A DNA stretch of 64,000 nt from the NCBI RefSeq assembly GCF_965208355.1, contig NZ_CBDBOM010000003.1:193394-257393 (forward strand), given 5' to 3'. Positions within the stretch are counted from its first letter, which is position 1, and every line of letters begins with the position of its first letter. Under the pieces are notes generated by a model. It had not been told where the DNA came from and did no database searches. It saw only the letters and a program-made list of their open reading frames with translations. Shown here in pieces: positions 1 to 8,569 of this stretch. Source of the stretch: Candidatus Poriferisocius sp. (GTDB taxonomy: Bacteria; Actinomycetota; Acidimicrobiia; Acidimicrobiales; Bin134). The position numbers were made by a program, and so were the translations under genes.

Positions 1-711
1 CTGCTCGACCATCTGGTGGTGTTCTTTCGGGACCAGCCCGTCACCCCAGATCAGCACTTGGCCTTTGCCGAGCGGTTCGGACCCATAAACGTGGCGCCGT
101 TCGGACCAAAGCTGGATACCCATCCGGCCATCACGGTGCTCGATCAGGTCGCCCCAGTGGGAGGATTGGCCGCCCGCTGGCACAGCGACAACACCTACAT
201 GCCCAACCCGCCGCTGGGCTCCGTCCTCCGGGCGGTGGAGATGCCCGACATTGGCGGCGACACCTGCTTCGCCAACATGTACAAGGCCTACGAGCACCTG
301 TCAGAGCCGATGCGGGAGTTGGTCGACGGGCTGGAGGCGGCCCACGACCTGACCTACACCCTCTCTCGGGCCATCGACGAGGGTCTGGCCAAGGAGCACT
401 TGGACATGATGCAAGCCGAGTACCCGGAATTGATACGCCCGGTGGTGCGGGTCCATCCCGAGACTGGGCGGCGGGCCCTGTTCGTGAACAGCAACTTCAC
501 CACCCGCCTCGTCGGGGTGACCGAGGCCGAGAGCGATGTGCTGCTGGCGTTCTTGTTGAACCACGTGCGCTCCCCCGAATTCCAGTGCCGCTTCCGCTGG
601 GCCGCGGATTCCATTGCCTTCTGGGACAACCGGGCCGTGCAGCACTTCGCCGTTCCCGACTACACCGAGCGCCGCCTGATGCATCGGGTCACGGTGGAGG
701 AGTGGGACTAG
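1..711 (+). CDS. TauD/TfdA-family Fe(II)/2-oxoglutarate dioxygenase, 5' end cut by window edge
   Basis: Frame 1 is open from base 1 with no start codon inside the window. The translation LLDHLVVFFRDQPVTPDQHLAFAERFGP...WHSDNTY...GGDTCFANMYKAY is typical of the TauD family, including the H-x-D iron site. It is clearly paralogous to 41782..42630. Confidence 0.85.
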   Translation: MLDHLVVFFRDQPVTPDQHLAFAERFGPINVAPFGPKLDTHPAITVLDQVAPVGGLAARWHSDNTYMPNPPLGSVLRAVEMPDIGGDTCFANMYKAYEHLSEPMRELVDGLEAAHDLTYTLSRAIDEGLAKEHLDMMQAEYPELIRPVVRVHPETGRRALFVNSNFTTRLVGVTEAESDVLLAFLLNHVRSPEFQCRFRWAADSIAFWDNRAVQHFAVPDYTERRLMHRVTVEEWD

Positions 712-714
712 CGG

Positions 715-1494
715 TCAGACGGTGAAGGCGCCGTCGATGTCGAGCTTTTGGCCGCTGATGTAGTTGGCGGCGTCGGAGGCCAGAAAACACGCGGCCTCGG
801 CGATGTCCACCGCCTTGCCGAAGCGGCCGAGGGGGATGTTGGTGCGGGCCACCTCCAGAGCCCGATCGTCCAAATCGCCGTCGGCTATGAGCCGGGCGGC
901 CATGCCGTCTTCGAGCATGCCCGGCCCTACGCAGTTGGCCCTGATTCCGAAGCGGCCCTCTTCGACGGCCACCGCCCGCATAAGCGACTCCACCGCCCCC
1001 TTGGGTATCGACGACAGGGCGTCTCGTTTGGGGAAGACGGTGGTGGCCGCGGTGGTTACATACACGATGCTGCCTCCCGAGGGTCGCAGATGGGGGAGCG
1101 CAGCCACGGTCAGGTTGAAAGCGCCGATCACATCAGCCTCAATCTGATAGGCGAACAGGTCGGGGTCGGTCTGCGATATGTACATCTGGGGCACGTGGGG
1201 CCCGGCTGCGCTTACCACGGTGTGCAATCCACCCAGCCGCTCGGCAGCCTCGTCGGCGAACTCCCTCATTGCGTCGGCATCCTCCAACGCGGGATTTCCT
1301 ATGTGGGCGTCCACGCCCGCGGATCGCACCTCGTCGGCCACCTCCTCGGCGGCCTCTGCATTGGACCGGTAGGTGAATGCCACCGGACTGCCCCGCTGGG
1401 CCAACATCACGGAGATGGCCGCGCCGATTCCGCCGCTGCCCCCCGTGACCAGCGCCCCGCCAGTCCGGCCAGAGAAATCACTCATAGCCCGCAA
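715..1494 (-). CDS. short-chain dehydrogenase/reductase (SDR)
   Basis: 259 aa ORF with the N-terminal Rossmann motif ALVTGGSGGIGAAI and a classical SDR length. Confidence 0.85.
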   Translation of the reverse strand: MRAMSDFSGRTGGALVTGGSGGIGAAISVMLAQRGSPVAFTYRSNAEAAEEVADEVRSAGVDAHIGNPALEDADAMREFADEAAERLGGLHTVVSAAGPHVPQMYISQTDPDLFAYQIEADVIGAFNLTVAALPHLRPSGGSIVYVTTAATTVFPKRDALSSIPKGAVESLMRAVAVEEGRFGIRANCVGPGMLEDGMAARLIADGDLDDRALEVARTNIPLGRFGKAVDIAEAACFLASDAANYISGQKLDIDGAFTV

Positions 1495-1521
1495 CCCTAT
1501 GTCTGAGTGTCGTGTGGTGGG

Positions 1522-2769
1522 CTAGTTCCAGGTCACGTCCAATGGCAGGTGCTCGTGGCGACGGATAAACATGCTCTTCTCCCACTGGGGCGGGTCGTCA
1601 GCGGCCAAACCGAACCAGCTGGTGTCCTCCAGGAGCCGCTGGAGCGAGCAGTAGGTCTCCAGTCGGGCCAGCGGTGCACCCACGCAGTGGTGGATGCCCC
1701 GGCCGAAGGCCAGGTGGCTGCGGGGGAGGCGGCGGTCCAGCACCACCTCGTCGGGCCGGTCGTGCTCGGCAGGGTCGCGGTTGGCCGACGACCACAGCAA
1801 GAAAGCGGTGGTGCCGGCCTTCAGGCTCACGCCTCCCAGCTCGCAATCGCGCTTGACCTGGCGGTAGTGGCCCCGGAACGGCGACTCCAGCCGCACAGCC
1901 TCCTCGATGAAGTTGTCGATGAGTCCGTGGTCGGCCCGGATCTGTTCTTGGAGGCCGGGATCATCGGCCAGCATCCGCACCGCGTTTCCGATGAGCGAAG
2001 CCGTGGACTCGCCGCCGGCACCGAGAAGCACCGTGAGGGTGCCGATGGCTTCTCCCCTGCTTATGTCGTCGTTGGCCATCGCCTTGGCGCACACCCCCAT
2101 CAGGTCGTCGCCCGGGTCTTCACAGGCCTCGGCGAGCTTGGTGTACAAGAAGCGGCTCGCACCGGAGTTTTCCTGGGAGATGGCGTTCATTTTCTCCCGA
2201 GTGTGGAAGCCGGCCAACAGCTGCCCGCCGTGGAGAGCCCACTTCATCACATCGGGCCAGTCTTCGTCCGGCAGCCCGATCAACCGCCCGATGACCCGGG
2301 CGGGAACGGGATGAGCCACGGTGTTGGCCCACTCCACTCGGTTGCCCTGCGAACGGGCGGCCGCGAACTGCTCGTCGATGAAGGCCTCAATCTCGGGTCG
2401 CATGGCCTCCATGCGGCGAGCCACCAGCTCGGGGAACACCACGCTGCGATGCATGGTGTGCTCGGGCGGGTCGGCGGTGGCCAGGGTGGTGGTGCCCTCC
2501 CCGAACTCGTCGGTGCGGAACAGAAAAGGGCTGCCGTCTTCGCCGGTGGCCACCAACACGTCGAGGTGGTTGGAGAAGTCTTCGATCCGGCGCAGGGCGT
2601 CCACGATGAGGTCATGGGTGGCCACGAAGGCCATGTCGAGTCCCGGTACCAGCCACACCGGATGTTCCTGGCGAAGCCGCTCGAAGAACGGGTAGGGATT
2701 GGCCCAGACTTCAGGATTGATGACCGTCTGAGCTTCCAACGGAACAGTGGATGCCGCCGCAGTGGTCAT
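1522..2769 (-). CDS. cytochrome P450
   Basis: Heme-thiolate motif FGRGIHHCVGAPLARLE lies near the C-terminus. I chose the internal ATG at 2769 (MTTAAAS...), which gives about 415 aa and leaves a 77-nt divergent intergenic region. The ORF-track start at 2829 is less likely. Confidence 0.9.
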   Translation of the reverse strand: MTTAAASTVPLEAQTVINPEVWANPYPFFERLRQEHPVWLVPGLDMAFVATHDLIVDALRRIEDFSNHLDVLVATGEDGSPFLFRTDEFGEGTTTLATADPPEHTMHRSVVFPELVARRMEAMRPEIEAFIDEQFAAARSQGNRVEWANTVAHPVPARVIGRLIGLPDEDWPDVMKWALHGGQLLAGFHTREKMNAISQENSGASRFLYTKLAEACEDPGDDLMGVCAKAMANDDISRGEAIGTLTVLLGAGGESTASLIGNAVRMLADDPGLQEQIRADHGLIDNFIEEAVRLESPFRGHYRQVKRDCELGGVSLKAGTTAFLLWSSANRDPAEHDRPDEVVLDRRLPRSHLAFGRGIHHCVGAPLARLETYCSLQRLLEDTSWFGLAADDPPQWEKSMFIRRHEHLPLDVTWN

Positions 2770-2846
2770 GGCAAATACTGGCACAAGAGCGGAGGGGGCA
2801 TCAGTTCGCCTCGGCTGATTGCCTGCCAATTTGGGAGAGTAAGTCC

Positions 2847-3824
2847 ATGACCGATTTCTTCTATGAGCAGGACGCTGATCTCAGCGCTCTGGCCGGCCAG
2901 CAGGTGGCGGTGGTTGGCTATGGCAACCAGGGCAGGCCGTGGGCGCTCAACATGCGGGATTCGGGATTGTCGGTGTCGGTGCATGTGCGGGCCGATGAGA
3001 CCCGGGAGCAGGCCATCGACGATGGATTCGATGCCGGGGACATCGCCGATGCCTCGTCGGCCGACGTCATCTGCGTGCTGATTCCCGACGACTCCATTCC
3101 CAGTCTGGGACTGTCTCCGAGACCGGAAGCACTCACCATCGTGGCCAGCGGCTACACCCTGGCCTTCGACCGTTTCAACCCTGATGGTGATATCGCTATG
3201 GTCGCTCCCCGGATGCTGGGACCCGAAGTGCGGCGCTGCTACGAGGAGGGGGTTGGCTTCATCACTGCGGTGGGGGTGCACTGCGATGCCACCGGCACCG
3301 CCCAGGATCGGATGCTGGCCGTGGCCCGGGCCATTGGCGGCCTGCGCCAGGGGGCCATAGCCATGACCCCCTATCAAGAGGCGGTGCTCGACTTGGCGGT
3401 GGAGCAGCTGCTGTCTCCGGTTCTCACCCACGTGAATGTCAACTTCGTGATGGTGCTGCTGGAGTTGGGCATTCCTCTGGAGGCCATCACCACCGAGCTG
3501 TTTTATTCCGGAGAGGTGGAGCGCAACTATCGCCTGCTGCGGGAGATCGGCTTTGTGGCCCAGCTCGACCACCACTCCCCGGCCAGCCAGTATGGCCAGC
3601 TGTCCCGGCGGGGCCGATTCGATCACGTGGACGTGGCCACCACCATGCGGGAGCTGATCGAGGACATCACCTCGGGCCGCTTCGCCGACGAGTGGGACGC
3701 CGAGGCGGCTACCGGTGCGCCCACGTTGGCCGAGCTGCGCGACCAGCACGCCGGAGAGCTGATCAAGGCTGTGGAGGCCGACCTGCGGGCCAAGTTGGGG
3801 CCGAGCGCCAGCCCAGCGACCTAG
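2847..3824 (+). CDS. ketol-acid reductoisomerase family protein (divergent class I paralogue)
   Basis: ATG at 2847 (MTDFFYEQDADLSALAGQQVAVVGYGNQGRPWALN). It has the GxGxQG dinucleotide fold, MVAPR..GP, DLAVEQ and SPASQYG blocks collinear with IlvC. No other ilv genes are adjacent. Confidence 0.75.
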   Translation: MTDFFYEQDADLSALAGQQVAVVGYGNQGRPWALNMRDSGLSVSVHVRADETREQAIDDGFDAGDIADASSADVICVLIPDDSIPSLGLSPRPEALTIVASGYTLAFDRFNPDGDIAMVAPRMLGPEVRRCYEEGVGFITAVGVHCDATGTAQDRMLAVARAIGGLRQGAIAMTPYQEAVLDLAVEQLLSPVLTHVNVNFVMVLLELGIPLEAITTELFYSGEVERNYRLLREIGFVAQLDHHSPASQYGQLSRRGRFDHVDVATTMRELIEDITSGRFADEWDAEAATGAPTLAELRDQHAGELIKAVEADLRAKLGPSASPAT

Positions 3825-3827
3825 TAG

Positions 3828-4079
3828 CTAAGTCAGCGGGGGCAGGTCGCCGAAGTCGATGGTGAAGGGCATGTCCGGCTCGGGCTCGTCGTCTTCCTGC
3901 TGGATCTCCACCCGAGTTTTCTCCGGCTCCAAGATCTCGCCCAGCGCAACCATGGCCGCCCCCAAAGCGGAGCCGCCCGCGGAGCCGGTGACTTTGCGGA
4001 TCACCCCATCTGGCGGCTGGTAGTCCCGGGGATCAGACCACTGGAACTCCAGATCCTCGGTCTCCTCCGGCTCTGGCAT
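3828..4079 (-). CDS. hypothetical small acidic protein (83 aa)
   Basis: ATG-initiated ORF 17 nt downstream of the EF-G-like stop on the same strand, with GC-rich third codon positions. Both termini are acidic (PEPEETEDLE..., ...QQEDDEPEPD) around a Gly/Ala-rich hydrophobic core, SAGGSALGAAMVALGEIL. I recognise no family. Confidence 0.5.
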   Translation of the reverse strand: MPEPEETEDLEFQWSDPRDYQPPDGVIRKVTGSAGGSALGAAMVALGEILEPEKTRVEIQQEDDEPEPDMPFTIDFGDLPPLT

Positions 4080-4096
4080 CTGTCCAGTTTACCGCT

Positions 4097-6136
4097 CTAG
4101 GCGGTGGCCGCCTCAGGGAGGGCGCCGCTGAGAATCTCATAGGCCACCCGCTCTGACTTGAATCGGGCCCGGCCGCCGGTGAGCGACCGGAGTTCGATGG
4201 CATAGCGCACGAGTTCCGCCTCAGGGACGATGGCGTGGATGACCTGCTCTCCCCATGGCCCGGCGTCGGTGCCCTGCACCTGACCCCGGCGGGACGACAA
4301 ATCGCCCATCACATCGCCCTGGTATTCGGGGGCCACGGTGATCTCCACTCGAGCCATGGGCTCCAGCACCACCGGGTTGGCCTGGGCGAATGCGGCGCTG
4401 AATGCCAGCTTTCCAGCCATGTTGAAGCTGAACTCCGATGAGTCCACCGAGTGGTGCTTGCCGTCGTAAACCGTGGCCTTGACGTCCACTATGGGGAAGC
4501 CCAACTCCCCGCCGTCGGCCATGGCGTCGCGGATGCCCGCCTCTACCGCAGGAATGTACGACCGGGGAATCGCGCCTCCGCTGATGGCATCTACGAACTC
4601 GAAGCCGCTGCCTCGGGGAAGCGGCTCGATGCGCACGTAGGCCACCCCGAACTGGCCGTGGCCACCGGACTGCTTCTTGTGCTTGCCCTCGGCGTCCCCG
4701 TTGCCGGTGACGGTCTGGCGATAGGGGACCCGCAAGTCTTCGGTCTCCACTTCGATGCCCATGCGATCCAGGCGGGCTATGGCCAGACGTAGGTGGGCTT
4801 CGCCCAAGCCCCAAAGCAGGGTCTGGCGGGTTTCCTCGCTGCGCTCCAGTTGCAGAGACGGGTCTTCGTCGGTAAGCCGCCTCAAGCCGGTGCCCAGCTT
4901 GTCCTCTGCGGCCCGCGTCTTGGGCAATATCCCGTAGGCCAGCACCGGCTCGGGCCACGGTTCGAGCTGCACTACCGCCCGTCCGGCGTTGGTTAAGGTG
5001 TCGCCGGTACGGGTCTGCTGAAGCTTGGTCACTCCTCCGATGTCGCCTGCGGAGATGACGTCGATGTCTTCTTGCGTCCCGCCCACCAGGTTGACCAGCC
5101 CCCGGAGCCTTTCACCGTTGCCGGTGGTGGAGTTGGTGAGATTGTCGTCTCGACGAATGGTGCCCGAGAGCACTCGGAACAGCGAGATCTGGCCCACATA
5201 GTCGTCGCTGATGGTCTTGAACACGCAGGCGAGCTGGTCGCCCTCAGGATCGCAGGCCGGCTCGGAGTCGATGTCGCTCATGGTGACGGTCATGGCCCGA
5301 GAGTTGGGGGGAGGACCGATCTCCACCAGGAAGTTGGCCAGGCGGTCGACGGCGATGGGTCCGGTGGCCGAACCGCACACCACGGGGAAGACCGAACCGT
5401 CGGCCACACCCCGCCCGAGCACTACTTCAAGCTCAGACGGGCTGGGGACATTGCCGTCCAAGTATTGCTCCAGCATGTCGTCGTCGGCCACCACAATTCC
5501 CTCGACCAGTTGCTCGCGGACCTCGGCCTCCTGATCTTCCATCTCGGCGGGGATCTGGGATTCTTCTGCGGAACCGCTGTCGTAGATGTAGGCCTTGTCG
5601 GTGAGGAGATCGGCGATCCCGTGGAATTCCGGGCCGGTGCCGATGGGCAGCTCCAGAGGGGCGACGCCGGCGCCGAACGCGTCTTGCAACTCGGTGAGGA
5701 CGCTTTCGAAGCTGGCATGCTCCCGGTCGAGCTTGTTCACGAACACGATGCGGGGGAGGCCAGCGTCGGCCGCTTGGTGCCAGATGGAGGTGGCGCGGTG
5801 GTCCACCCCGCTGGACGCATCGATCACGAACACCAAGAGGTCGGCCACCTGGAGGGATGCGTGGAGTTCGCCGGCATAGTCGGGTGCCCCGGGGGTGTCG
5901 AGCAGGTTGATCTTGTGTCCGTGCCACTCAAAGCTGGCCAAGGCCAGCGACTGGCTGTGGGTGGCGTTCTTCTCCTCGGGGCTGAAGTCGCACACGGTGG
6001 ATCCGTCCTCCACCCGACCCGTGCGGTCGATGACGCCCGCCCGATACAGCAGCGCCTCAGCCAGCGTGGTCTTTCCCGATCCTTGCGAGCCCACCAGCGC
6101 GACGTTGCGAATCTTCTCCGGTGCGACAGCCATCAA
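4097..6136 (-). CDS. elongation factor G-like translational GTPase paralogue (non-canonical G domain)
   Basis: 679 aa with P-loop GSQGSGKTT, G3 DTPGAPDY and G4 NKLD, followed by EF-G domain II-V-like sequence. The residue after DTPG is Ala (codon 5885..5887) instead of the catalytic His. Confidence 0.9.
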   Translation of the reverse strand: MMAVAPEKIRNVALVGSQGSGKTTLAEALLYRAGVIDRTGRVEDGSTVCDFSPEEKNATHSQSLALASFEWHGHKINLLDTPGAPDYAGELHASLQVADLLVFVIDASSGVDHRATSIWHQAADAGLPRIVFVNKLDREHASFESVLTELQDAFGAGVAPLELPIGTGPEFHGIADLLTDKAYIYDSGSAEESQIPAEMEDQEAEVREQLVEGIVVADDDMLEQYLDGNVPSPSELEVVLGRGVADGSVFPVVCGSATGPIAVDRLANFLVEIGPPPNSRAMTVTMSDIDSEPACDPEGDQLACVFKTISDDYVGQISLFRVLSGTIRRDDNLTNSTTGNGERLRGLVNLVGGTQEDIDVISAGDIGGVTKLQQTRTGDTLTNAGRAVVQLEPWPEPVLAYGILPKTRAAEDKLGTGLRRLTDEDPSLQLERSEETRQTLLWGLGEAHLRLAIARLDRMGIEVETEDLRVPYRQTVTGNGDAEGKHKKQSGGHGQFGVAYVRIEPLPRGSGFEFVDAISGGAIPRSYIPAVEAGIRDAMADGGELGFPIVDVKATVYDGKHHSVDSSEFSFNMAGKLAFSAAFAQANPVVLEPMARVEITVAPEYQGDVMGDLSSRRGQVQGTDAGPWGEQVIHAIVPEAELVRYAIELRSLTGGRARFKSERVAYEILSGALPEAATA

Positions 6137-6232
6137 CTTCCCCCTCTGGGTTCTGGGTTCATTCCGCGGTAGCCGCTGAGCCTACTTCCCGACCCGCTGC
6201 CAAGTCCCATGGAGAGATTCGGTTGTCGTAAG

Positions 6233-8569
6233 TCAGCCTTCGGCAGCGGCCAGAAGCTGGCGCATCCGCTGGGGTGGGAGGTGTTGCTCGCAGATGTCGA
6301 TGCCCAGGTGGCGCACTGCGTTGGCCACGGCGTTAGTCACCGCCGCGGGGGCGCCTATGAGGCCGCCCTCGCCCACCCCCCTCCAGTCGGCGTCGTGCAG
6401 GGGCTCAACCTCAAGGTGCTCAACCTCGATGACCGGCATCTCGGCAGCCGAGGGAACCAGATAGTCGGCCAGCGAGGCGGTGAGCAGGTTGCCGTCTTGG
6501 TCGTAGTGGTGGCGTTCGAACAGCACGGCGGCGATCCCTTGGGCCACCCCGCCCTGGATCTGTCCGTCCACGATGGCGGGGTGGATCATCTCTCCGCAGT
6601 CCTCCACCACCACGTAGCGCGGTATGGCGATCTCGCCGGTGTCGGGGTCGATCTCCACCCAGCAGCAGTGGGTGGCCGATGCCCAACCCCCCGGCGGTGT
6701 GCGGTATTCAACCGAGGCCTCGATGCCCTGGTCCATGCCCTCGGGCAATGACGAAGGTGCGAACCAAGCCTGCTGGGCGATGCCCGCCAATGGGACCGAA
6801 TGGCCCGGTGTGCCTTTCACCGAAATGTTCCCGTCGACGATCTCCAGATCGGCCGGGTTGGCCTCCAGCCTTTCGGCTGCGATGGCCAGCACCTTGGCCT
6901 TGACCTCGGCGGTGGCTGCTCGGGCCGAGCCGGCGCCCATCATCGAAGACCGGCTGCCACCGGTGCCCAGCACGGAGAACGGGGTGGAGTCGGTGTCACC
7001 GAAGACAATCCGCACCCGGTCGAGTCCCACTCCCAGTTCGTCGGCCGCTACTTGGGCGATGGTGGTCTCGTGACCCTGTCCGTGGGGGGATTGACTGGTG
7101 GAAATGGTCAAGTCGCCGGACGGCTCCAACCGGGCCCAAGCCTGCTCGCCCCTTAGATCGAAACCAGCCGATTGGGCGAAGTCGGGCGGACCCGGGGCGA
7201 TTTCTATGAAGGTGGCGAAGCCCAGGCCGAGCAACCGCCCCTCGGAGCGGGCGGCGGTCTGCTGAGCGGCGAAACCGTCCAGGTCCATCATGCCCACGGC
7301 CCGGTCCAGGGTTTGACGGGCGGTAATACCCGAAACGGTCGGTCCGGTGATCATGCGGGTGGGCTGGTCCTGGTCGATGAGGTTGCGCCGGCGGATTTCC
7401 ACGCGGTCGAGGCCGAGTTCAGCGGCGATCTCGTCCAGCATTCGCTCCCGCACCCAGGTCTCTACCGCCCAGGGGCCCCGATAGGCGATGTAACTGCACT
7501 TGTTGGTGGCCACCACCCGGCCCCGAAACGCGTACGCCTCCAGCCGGTAGGCGTTGGGAATCAGCATCTTCACCAAATTGCAGAACAGCGACGACGGGTA
7601 GGGCGGCATGGGATAGGCCCCCTGGTCCATGGTCATGTCGGCCCGAATACCCAGGAGGGTGCCGTCGTCTTGGACGGCCACCTCCACCACCAAGTCCTCC
7701 TCTCGGCCATGTCCGGCCATCTGGAGGTTCTCGGTGCGGTCCTCGGTCCACTGGACGGAGGCGCCTAGCAGCATGGCGGCCGCGGCAGTGCAGATCGTCT
7801 CTCGGCCCACCTGCCCCTTAGAGCCGAACGCTCCGCCGATATCGCCGGTGCGCACCCGGACATTGCCGAAGGGCAGCCCCAGCAGATTGGCCAAATTCAG
7901 CTTCACGGCGTGGGGGCGCTTGGTGGCGATTTGGATGTCGAGTTGGCCGTCAGAAGGGGTGTACGTCGCCACCAACACCCGGCCTTCGAGGGGCGCGTGC
8001 CCGAATCGGTGTTGGGTGAAGGTGCGGGCGATCACATGATCAGCGCGGCCAAACGTCTCATCGATGTCGGCACCCCACGACTGCAGGGTCTCGTAAACGA
8101 CGTTGGTGCCCAAGTCCTCAAACAGCAGGGGGGCGTCGGGCGAGATGGCGTCGTGCATGTCTACCACCGCAGGCAGAGGGCGGTAGTCCACCGCCACCGC
8201 AGCGGCACCGTCGGCCGCGGCCTGGCGTGTGCGACCGACAACGACGGCGAGCGGCTCGCCCACGGTGCGGACCCGGTCGCGGGCCAAGGCGGTGAAAGGT
8301 GTGACGGCCAGCTCAGGGGGACCGGCTATAGCGATGGGAGCCACCACTTCGTCTAGATGTTCGGCGGTGAGCACCTCCACCACGCCAGGAGTGTTCTTGG
8401 CTGCTTCGGTGTCGACTCCCAGGATGTCGGCATGGCCCAGTTGGCTGCGGACGAAGGCGATGTGCAGCAGGTCGGGATGGCGGATGTTGCCCACGAAGCG
8501 GCCCTCGCCCCGCAGCAGGCGAGGACCCTCAACGCGGTCGACGCTTTGGCCGGTCAGGCGGGCGATCAC
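6233..8569 (-). CDS. xanthine dehydrogenase/CoxL-family molybdopterin-binding large subunit
   Basis: N-terminus VIARLTGQSVDRVEGPRLLRGEGRFVGNI, an AYRGP segment, and a C-terminal GVGEGGLIGAPAAVTNAV catalytic-Glu block. The GTG start at 8569 overlaps the upstream stop as GTGA. The ORF-track extension to 8800 is an Arg-rich alternative-frame read-through of the upstream gene. Confidence 0.85.
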   Translation of the reverse strand: MIARLTGQSVDRVEGPRLLRGEGRFVGNIRHPDLLHIAFVRSQLGHADILGVDTEAAKNTPGVVEVLTAEHLDEVVAPIAIAGPPELAVTPFTALARDRVRTVGEPLAVVVGRTRQAAADGAAAVAVDYRPLPAVVDMHDAISPDAPLLFEDLGTNVVYETLQSWGADIDETFGRADHVIARTFTQHRFGHAPLEGRVLVATYTPSDGQLDIQIATKRPHAVKLNLANLLGLPFGNVRVRTGDIGGAFGSKGQVGRETICTAAAAMLLGASVQWTEDRTENLQMAGHGREEDLVVEVAVQDDGTLLGIRADMTMDQGAYPMPPYPSSLFCNLVKMLIPNAYRLEAYAFRGRVVATNKCSYIAYRGPWAVETWVRERMLDEIAAELGLDRVEIRRRNLIDQDQPTRMITGPTVSGITARQTLDRAVGMMDLDGFAAQQTAARSEGRLLGLGFATFIEIAPGPPDFAQSAGFDLRGEQAWARLEPSGDLTISTSQSPHGQGHETTIAQVAADELGVGLDRVRIVFGDTDSTPFSVLGTGGSRSSMMGAGSARAATAEVKAKVLAIAAERLEANPADLEIVDGNISVKGTPGHSVPLAGIAQQAWFAPSSLPEGMDQGIEASVEYRTPPGGWASATHCCWVEIDPDTGEIAIPRYVVVEDCGEMIHPAIVDGQIQGGVAQGIAAVLFERHHYDQDGNLLTASLADYLVPSAAEMPVIEVEHLEVEPLHDADWRGVGEGGLIGAPAAVTNAVANAVRHLGIDICEQHLPPQRMRQLLAAAEG

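Noticed and set aside
1507-2850. 447-aa plus-strand ORF antisense to the P450 gene.
   Set aside because: This is a typical high-GC shadow ORF. Its translation is Gly/Ala/Arg/Val-rich with no recognisable motif. The opposite strand encodes a complete P450 with its heme motif.
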